A stretch of 18,367 bases of DNA from Ginkgo biloba (Eukaryota > Plantae > Ginkgophyta): assembly GCA_024626585.2 (NCBI GenBank), contig JANKJI020000002.1:198361417-198379783 (forward strand), written 5' to 3'. The position numbers were made by a program, and so were the translations under genes. The notes under the pieces were generated by a model that had not been told where the DNA came from, did no database searches, and saw nothing but the letters and a program-made list of their open reading frames with translations. Shown piece after piece: positions 11,849 through 18,367 of this stretch (position 1 is the first letter of the stretch; the number at the start of each line of letters is the position of its first letter).

Positions 11849-12168
11849 AGCTCTTGTAATCTCCGCTGCCCAATATCTCTGCAATGCTTACAAATTTTGG
11901 AGCTGAGAAGACTGATCCTGAGTAAATCTCGTCACAGACGAGATGAATCTTCTTCTCGCACACAAAGGAAAGAATGCTCTTTAGAGTCTGATGTCCAATG
12001 GATTTGAAGGGTTTGTTATCAGAACACCTCCTATTGTGACTTTTTTATTCTCGGCGTGATTATAAGCTGATTCCAGAGCGGATCTTATGATCTGAAAATT
12101 GTTGGAGCTGTAGGAATGGACTGGTATCATCTTCACACGTGTTCTCCATTGAAGATCTCTATCAAAAC
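11849..12168 (-). pseudogene. ACS: 1-aminocyclopropane-1-carboxylate synthase fragment (5' part of the last exon), frameshifted
   Basis: After acceptor ttgttcgtgcAG (12170-12169) it reads FDRDLQWRTRVKMIPVHSYSSNNFQIIRSALESAYNHAENKKVTIGGVLITNPSNPL, then in a second frame HQTLKSILSFVCEKKIHLVCDEIYSGSVFSAPKFVSIAEILGSGDYKS. These carry the ACS boxes FDRDL.WRT, TNPSNPL and IHLV.DEIY. A frameshifting deletion lies near 11995 (first frame stops at TAA 11983-11981). The fragment runs into the 100-N gap 11749-11848 and there is no ACS similarity beyond it. Confidence 0.9.
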
Positions 12169-12976
12169 CTGCACGAACAATGACGCTGAGTTACTTCCTT
12201 CATACTGGGTTCACATTCGCCATAATTATTGAAAAATATATTTTGTGATAATGATCAGAAAATACACACTGTTTCATTACAATTTCCAATAAAAATTGGA
12301 GTCCAATAAATGCTGGAAATTGCTACGTGAACAATTTATATTTTCTGATAACGATCTGAAAATTGTGTGTTTACAAGAACGTTTTTATATTTCACCATTG
12401 GAGAAAAGTTCACTTCTCCGACACTGGTTATAATCTGACCATAATCGGAATTGGACAACTGCCACCCAAAAGTTTTCCGAAACTTATTGGAAAGGTTTTA
12501 AAGCAGACACTGAGAAATTTAGTCTTAAAAGTCAGACATTCCAAAACCTACAAGGGAAAAATTTACAAAGTGAACACCATATCACTCTCTCATACAAACA
12601 CCGCCCAGATGTCTCCACAACTTAGAACCTGCCATTAACACCGGTAAGTTCCAGGAGTCTCATCGTTCAGGCTGCATTGCTTCGACCTACAATTGTTCTA
12701 TTAAGGTTAATTTGAAGGACTATATAGATGACTTATCTTGAGATAACAGTTTGTAAGAAATGGCACTCACTATCATTAGAATAGGTTTGAGCTGCATTCT
12801 CTTGCTTCTACTATGGCGTGTATATAAAACAATAAATCAGAGAATATTCAACCATACAATGTGACAAAAATAATGACCTAGATAAACCGCCAAAGGCATC
12901 AGATGGTGTGGTATCCAATAAATAGATTTATATAAAACTGAAATAATCTGAATATCATTGAAGAAGCGAAATTCAC

Positions 12977-13143
12977 CTTGATCGAGCGACATTGCCACAC
13001 TCTGAACACTTGGGTTTGTTCAAGCCTCTGAGACTCTTGGGGGCCTCCGCGGAGGCGGGACTGCGCGCAGCGTTGCTCCCATGGTGATTGCTGTTGGTAG
13101 TGGTTGTTGGAGGTGTGGTACGAGTGACTTGAGGCGACGACAT
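12977..13143 (-). CDS. Exon 1 of an At1g32730-like protein (N-terminal half of a SHI/SRS-like Cys zinc finger)
   Basis: gccATG at 13143 reads MSSPQVTRTTPPTTTTNSNHHGSNAARSPASAEAPKSLRGLNKPKCSECGNVARS(R), then AG|GTGAAT donor at 12976 (55 codons plus 2 nt, phase 2). LRGLNKPKCxxCGNVARSR is the conserved At1g32730-family motif. The exon is intact and CpG-rich. The expected exon 2 (CPFQSCKxCC...NPCxIH) was not found in the unmasked sequence. Confidence 0.85.
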
Positions 13144-13340
13144 GGCATGTAATGTTTGGAGAGGGTATGGGGGGGAATGGTGTTTGAAACACAGAATTTA
13201 TGATTCGGCTTCGGGCAATCGAAGCATACGTTACGTCGCCCAATATAAAAATTATGTTAAAAATTAAATAGGGTCGGATTCAACACTTCAACCATTATAT
13301 TAGTATGACAATTCAACCATTATATTAGTATGACAATTAT
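13144..13340 (-). promoter_or_regulatory. Putative 5' UTR and proximal promoter of the At1g32730-like gene
   Basis: CpG-rich stretch in otherwise CpG-depleted DNA, two adjacent ACGT cores (13228-13236, minus-strand GACGTAACGT), and an AT-rich TTTTATAT stretch at about 13250-13243. Confidence 0.4.
13287..13338. repeat. Perfect 25-bp tandem duplication TTCAACCATTATATTAGTATGACAA x2
   Basis: Identical copies at 13287-13311 and 13312-13336, plus a trailing tt. Confidence 0.95.
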
Positions 13341-13562
13341 GAGAGTTTCAAAAGTTCTTCAATTCAATTCGGTTTGCATAAGAATCATGGTATATTGGGC
13401 ATTTTAAACCACTGAAGAGCCCCTAACACAACCAATGTGGGACAAACAAAATGAAAGGAGAGNNNNNNNNNNNNNNNNNNNNNNNNNNNNNNNNNNNNNN
13501 NNNNNNNNNNNNNNNNNNNNNNNNNNNNNNNNNNNNNNNNNNNNNNNNNNNNNNNNNNNNNN

Positions 13563-14337
13563 CACTAGTCTTGAAAGCCCAATTGCTGTTGGGGCCTACC
13601 CCGCTATCCCCTACACCAAATTTTGGAGAAACTATGGTGGATGCTAAAGAGGAATCGGTAAGTCAGGATGGGGATGCTCCTTTGGTTGGTTCTAAATATG
13701 CTGGTGGAAGAAAGCGTAAGCCTCCCCCACAGGTTCTGAATGCTAATTTGGCTAAATGTTGCAAGAGATNNNNNNNNNNNNNNNNNNNNNNNNNNNNNNN
13801 NNNNNNNNNNNNNNNNNNNNNNNNNNNNNNNNNNNNNNNNNNNNNNNNNNTAGTGAGGTTGAGAAATTTGGTGAGGGGGACAACTCCTTAAAGGTGGCAG
13901 AAGTGAATCTTGTAGAGAAAGGTCCCGCAAAGGGTCTAGATGGGACTCAGACCCTAACAAAGGAATTGCGATGTCATTCGAAGGTGCTCAATGGCCTGGG
14001 GGGTTTCCTTTCTATCACTTGTGCATGCATCAATCTCCTAACCTTGGAGATAACCAACTACCTGAAAGAGGTANNNNNNNNNNNNNNNNNNNNNNNNNNN
14101 NNNNNNNNNNNNNNNNNNNNNCTACTGGAAAATGATCGATATTCTAAATTGTGTAAATGCATTTCGCAGACTGTTTATCATCCTTTTTTGGTGTGCATCC
14201 GGATCTATCAGTAACTCTACTATAGTCATGTGATGTGTAGATATTAATTTTATAATTTTGTTGTCATTCCTCCTGTCTACGGAGCTATAAAAGGTTTTGG
14301 GGACCTTTCAACACCCCTTCTATCCTAATAAAAAAAA
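13563..14337 (+). mobile_element. Poly(A)-tailed non-LTR retroelement remnant (non-autonomous LINE-derived or LINE 3' end)
   Basis: Degenerate ORF-like sequence (…GGRKRKPPPQV…, …WDSDPNKGIAMSFEGAQW…) followed by a T-rich 3'UTR-like stretch ending aaaggttttggggacctttcaacaccccttctatcctAATAAAAAAAA at a gap. No RT motifs seen. Confidence 0.45.
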
Positions 14338-14383
14338 NNNNNNNNNNNNNNNNNNNNNNNNNNNNNNNNNNNNNNNNNNNNNN

Positions 14384-17300
14384 TTTGGTTATGTAAATTT
14401 AGTTTAATTACTAAGGATTATGATTTGCATGTTGATTACAGAGAATAATTTATTTAAACACAAAAATTTACAAAAATATTGTGCTAGATAATGCAATTCC
14501 TAAAGAATGGAAAAAATACTAGAAGGAAGACACTAAGATAGTATTGAGGCATAAGTTGAATAAAGTGAGGAGACTTTCAAGAAATGGACTAAGAAATCTC
14601 AAATTCATACTCTGTTGATAATACCAAGATTGGTACATGATACCACTCTAGTGAAAGAATTGATGCATGCCATGGAGAAAGTAGATACAACACTAGGCAA
14701 CAAATACTTTAAAATATATGGCAAACTAATTCAAGATTTATTTGGAATACCAAATGAAAAAAAAAATCCTATTAATCTAGAGATAGAAAAAATATGGCTT
14801 AATTTGAAGTGACACATAGATGTGGAGACTGTTATGAAAGAATCTCTAGTAGAAGTTAATGACATAATCACGAATAAGGTGGATTTTTCACTACTGGTGA
14901 TAAGATCTTATGAAGGTGTCACAGTGGGCATACTACGAATGTTTAGNNNNNNNNNNNNNNNNNNNNNNNNNNNNNNNNNNNNNNNNNNNNNNNNNNNNNN
15001 NNNNNNNNNNNNNNNNNNNNNNNNNNNNNNNNNNNNNNNNNNNNNNAAGTTCTATGGTACTGACTTTCTAATAATTTAAATGATATTGGTTGGATCTTTT
15101 GTGGAGATTTTAATATGATAGAGAATTCTTGTGATGAAAAAAGTGGTATACCTTTTACTTGGAAAGTTGAAGAGAGAGGGGCTAGATTTAGAATGAAATG
15201 AAGACTTGGGATTGTTGACCCTTTATACAAACTTGATTCCCCCTCCTCTAAGTTTACATGGTCCAACCAACAAGCTGGGAGAAAGCTTATTTTATCAAGA
15301 CTAGATAGATTCATGAGTTTGGTTGATGGCTCGTTATGAACCAAATCAATTTCAACAAAATCAACTGTGATTTCTAATCATTCTCCAATTGTGATCATTT
15401 TTTAGAATATGATAACAAATCTTGTATTAATCAATATATTTAATTTAAACTCTTCCCTTTTAGAGATAAAGACCTATCAAGAAGGCGTAAGGAAAATGTG
15501 GAACCTGCTCCTAAGCCCTCTAAAGGGAATGGATGGATAATTTGGTGGGAAAATGTTATTCATAGAGTTGTTTCCTTCTAAGATTCTTTGGCAACGAAGT
15601 TGCTAATAGTAGGAGAAAGAGACACTAATTCAATGAGGCTTAGTAAAGATCACCAAATAATTGGAGGATGACCCTTTTAATGAATAAAAGCAAAAAAACT
15701 TGCCAAGACTTAAACATGACATTAAAAGATATGAAAGCTATATTGATTAAGGAATAAGGATAAGAAGTAGAACAAATTGGATTACGTAGGGAGATAAAGG
15801 ATCTATATTTTTCTTTAATATTCTGAAAGGAAAACAGGCCGAATATAGAGTTAATGTTATAAAGGAGGGAGACAATCATGTAACTAATTAGGAGAGCATA
15901 ATAGCAATTTTCAAATCCTTTTATAGTTTCTCGGTCAAATTTGAAGGTATATCTAAAAATAGAGAGGAAGCTCTCTTTAAATGTATGTATGTTTTTTCTA
16001 TTAAAAGAGAGTTAAAGAAGCATGTTAGATAGGCCTTTAACAAAGGAGGAGCTTCATGAAGTTATAAGGTCAATGAAAAATGATAAAAATCCTAGTCTAG
16101 ATGGTTTATAAGTCGAATTATGTAAGAAGTTTTAGGACCTAATTGGTGATGATCTTCTAAAGGCTTATGAAGAGGCATTTAATTTAGGAAATCTAGGGGA
16201 ATGGCTTAATCGAGGTCTAATTAAGTTGATTCCTAAGGATGGAGACAAAGAACTCAACACTAATTGGAGAATTATTACCCTCTTTAATGTTGGCTATAAA
16301 ATTTTAGCTAAGGCTCTAACTAAGAGAGATGCCTCTATTTTAGATGATATAGTTCCCAAGGAATAAACATGCTTCATAAAAGGCTATCACATCCTAGAAA
16401 ACCTCTTAGATGCATGTGAAGGTATGGATTGGGCACAAAGATCCAACTAAAAGGTAATCATGATGTTGGATTTTGAATTCGAGGGATCGTTGTTGATTCT
16501 ATTGGTTACCTATTGAGAGATTATTCAATTATTCCAATTCGAGGGATCACCCTTCCTAATGGTAATGATTTGTTGAATAATCATTTTACAACCTTGTAGT
16601 TGAAGGTCGAGGTTAAAAATGTANNNNNNNNNNNNNNNNNNNNNNNNNNNNNNNNNNNNNNNNNNNNNNNNNNNNNNNNNNNNNNNNNNNNNNNNNNNNN
16701 NNNNNNNNNNNNNNNNNNNNNNNTGTACGTAGAGTGCTAAATCAACTCAACATTTCTATATTTCTTCTAGAGCTAAAATAAATCTTAGGAAGACAGTGGT
16801 TGCCATGGAGATAAAAAGGTGAAGATTGGTCCTTTGAATTCAATTGGAGATGGTTAGAAAGAGGTCATTTGGAGACATTTCTTGGCATTCCATTTGGTTT
16901 AGATGTCACCTTAGGCCAAATGTGAAGATGGGTAATGGAAAAGATTAAAAAAAAATTCCAAGTTCCTCTCTCTTGCTAGTAAAATTGAAGTCTATTGTAA
17001 AGTCCTTTTAGCCTTTAATATTTACTATGCATCTTGTAGGTCCCCATAGAAGAACTAGACAAAGAAGCTAGAAAAAAATATTAGAGATTTCTCATGGTTA
17101 GACAGAAGAGGGGGTTGTAAGTCTTATGCTGATAATTAGGAAGTGTGTTGTTCTTATAGAAGTGAGGGTGGCATGGGNNNNNNNNNNNNNNNNNNNNNNN
17201 NNNNNNNNNNNNNNNNNNNNNNNNNNNNNNNNNNNNNNNNNNNNNNNNNNNNNNNNNNNNNNNNNNNNNNNNNGAATGTTAAAGAGGGATAAAGTTTCTT

Positions 17301-18106
17301 GAAAAGGTTTATCGTTTGCAAATGCATGTTTATGTAAATTCCCCTAAAAAGTTAAGGGGGTTCTATGATGTTTCAGTGCATTTAGAAGAGCTAGCAGGAA
17401 GTACCTCATTTCTTATATCCTAAATCATATAATTAGAGATTAGGTTCTCCTTGTGTTTTTCGATCAATGTGGTGGAATGAGATGGGACATGGGGACTATC
17501 TTACTTACAATTATCACTTTCTGTCATTAAGCTGGAACAAAAGAGGTATTGAAATTCCTTTGAATTTTTGGGACAATCAACACAAAGATTGAAAAAATTG
17601 GAATCATTTCAAAGAAGAATTTAACCTAAAAAATAATGAAAACATTGTCTTTGACAAGATTTTATGTACCTTTGAGTATTTGAAAGATTCTATGATGCAT
17701 GCCAATGCATATTATTGGTAGTTAGATTTACATTGGTCTAATAGTAAATATTTAAAGAAGATCTATATTGTTGAGATCTACTTACTTAATGAGAACCCTA
17801 AAATTCTTGAAGAAACTTTAAAGAAATGGAACTTTAACGTGTCTTTTGAGAGGTGGTCCTTAGCCCTTAATATGCTTGGGTCTTCTCATTTAGAACCTAA
17901 GAAAAAATTCTTTATTTGGCAATGTATGATGGGTAAAACACAAGTTAACGAAAAATTAAAAAGCATTGTGATATTGATGCTAAATGTGATACTTGTGGGT
18001 AGCATGAGCCTTTACCTCATTTAATTTGGTATTTGTCCTTTGCAAGGAAGTGTTGGAATATATTTTTACCGATGTTATGAAAATATGTTTTAAACAAAGC
18101 TAGGCT
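14384..18106 (+). mobile_element. Degenerate L1-clade LINE retrotransposon (possible ORF1 remnant; ORF2 with APE endonuclease, RT and zf-RVT)
   Basis: Endonuclease motifs WIFCGDFN (about 15091-15114), FTWSNQ, SRLDRF, SNHSPI. RT region from about 16025: LDRPLTKEELHEVIRSMKNDKNPSLDG...GLIKLIPKDGDKELNTNWRIITLFNVGYKILAKAL...MLDFE. Then AKINLRKT, FLGIPF, LSLASK...IRDFSW...VCCSYRSEGGMG, and a C-terminal KFFIWQC...CDTCG*HEPLPHLIW zinc knuckle (about 17900-18030). Many stops and frameshifts. The 5' boundary is uncertain. Confidence 0.9.
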
Positions 18107-18367
18107 NNNNNNNNNNNNNNNNNNNNNNNNNNNNNNNNNNNNNNNNNNNNNNNNNNNNNNCAGCCTCCTCTGCTCCATAATTTTAGGAGTATCCAATGCA
18201 ATTCTTCCTGGAATTCTAGTCACATGTAAAATTTTTAATTTGCTAAAGTAATTGCAGGCAATAATTCACTGGATGTTGTAAAAGCAAACTAGAAATAGAC
18301 AGTAAGAAATCGAAGAGAGGAGACTTAAACTCCTGCAATAACTAGAAGACACTGCACAGATATCAAT

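Noticed and set aside
11378-11884. 168-aa minus-strand ORF as a continuation of ACS
   Set aside because: It begins in the wrong frame of the ACS fragment and crosses a 100-N unknown-length gap. The post-gap sequence lacks the ACS motifs SLSKDLGLPGFRVG, MSSFGLVS and PGWFRVCFAN in all three frames.
12088-12366. 14-bp match GATCTGAAAATTGT between the ACS exon (12088) and upstream intron (12353)
   Set aside because: Short AT-rich match that may be chance and does not bound any recognisable element.
12899-13243. 114-aa ORF-track protein
   Set aside because: It is an alternative frame overlapping the real At1g32730-like exon and has no recognisable motif.
18161-18367. Possible minus-strand exon after the last gap
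   Set aside because: Too short, cut by a gap and the window edge, and the peptide is not recognisable.

Overview
AT-rich, CpG-depleted plant nuclear DNA from a fragmented scaffold with many N gaps, seven of them exactly 100 nt (the usual unknown-length placeholder). The decayed-TE landscape suggests a large-genome seed plant such as a gymnosperm, which is inference only. Left to right: (1) 1-2474, probable 3' end of a decayed Gypsy (Tat/Ogre-like) LTR retrotransposon with minisatellites; (2) 3540-4030, an intronless, stop-containing retrocopy of a Kelch/galactose-oxidase-repeat gene (At1g18610/At1g74150 type), cut off by a minus-strand LTR-like element (4032 to about 5800); (3) 10713-13143, a minus-strand mosaic made of an intact CpG-rich first exon of an At1g32730-like (SHI/SRS-type zinc-finger) gene, an orphan frameshifted piece of an ACC synthase last exon with its splice acceptor, an unidentified exon-like segment and a chain of micro-exon-like segments; (4) 13563-14337, a poly(A)-tailed non-LTR retroelement remnant; (5) about 14384-18106, a heavily degenerate L1-type LINE (endonuclease, RT, zf-RVT). 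No rRNA, tRNA or CRISPR was seen. The most notable item is the apparent exon-shuffled At1g32730-like/ACS chimeric locus, which the supplied ORF track misses; a 100-N gap inside it limits certainty. Family assignments come from recalled consensus motifs, not database searches.
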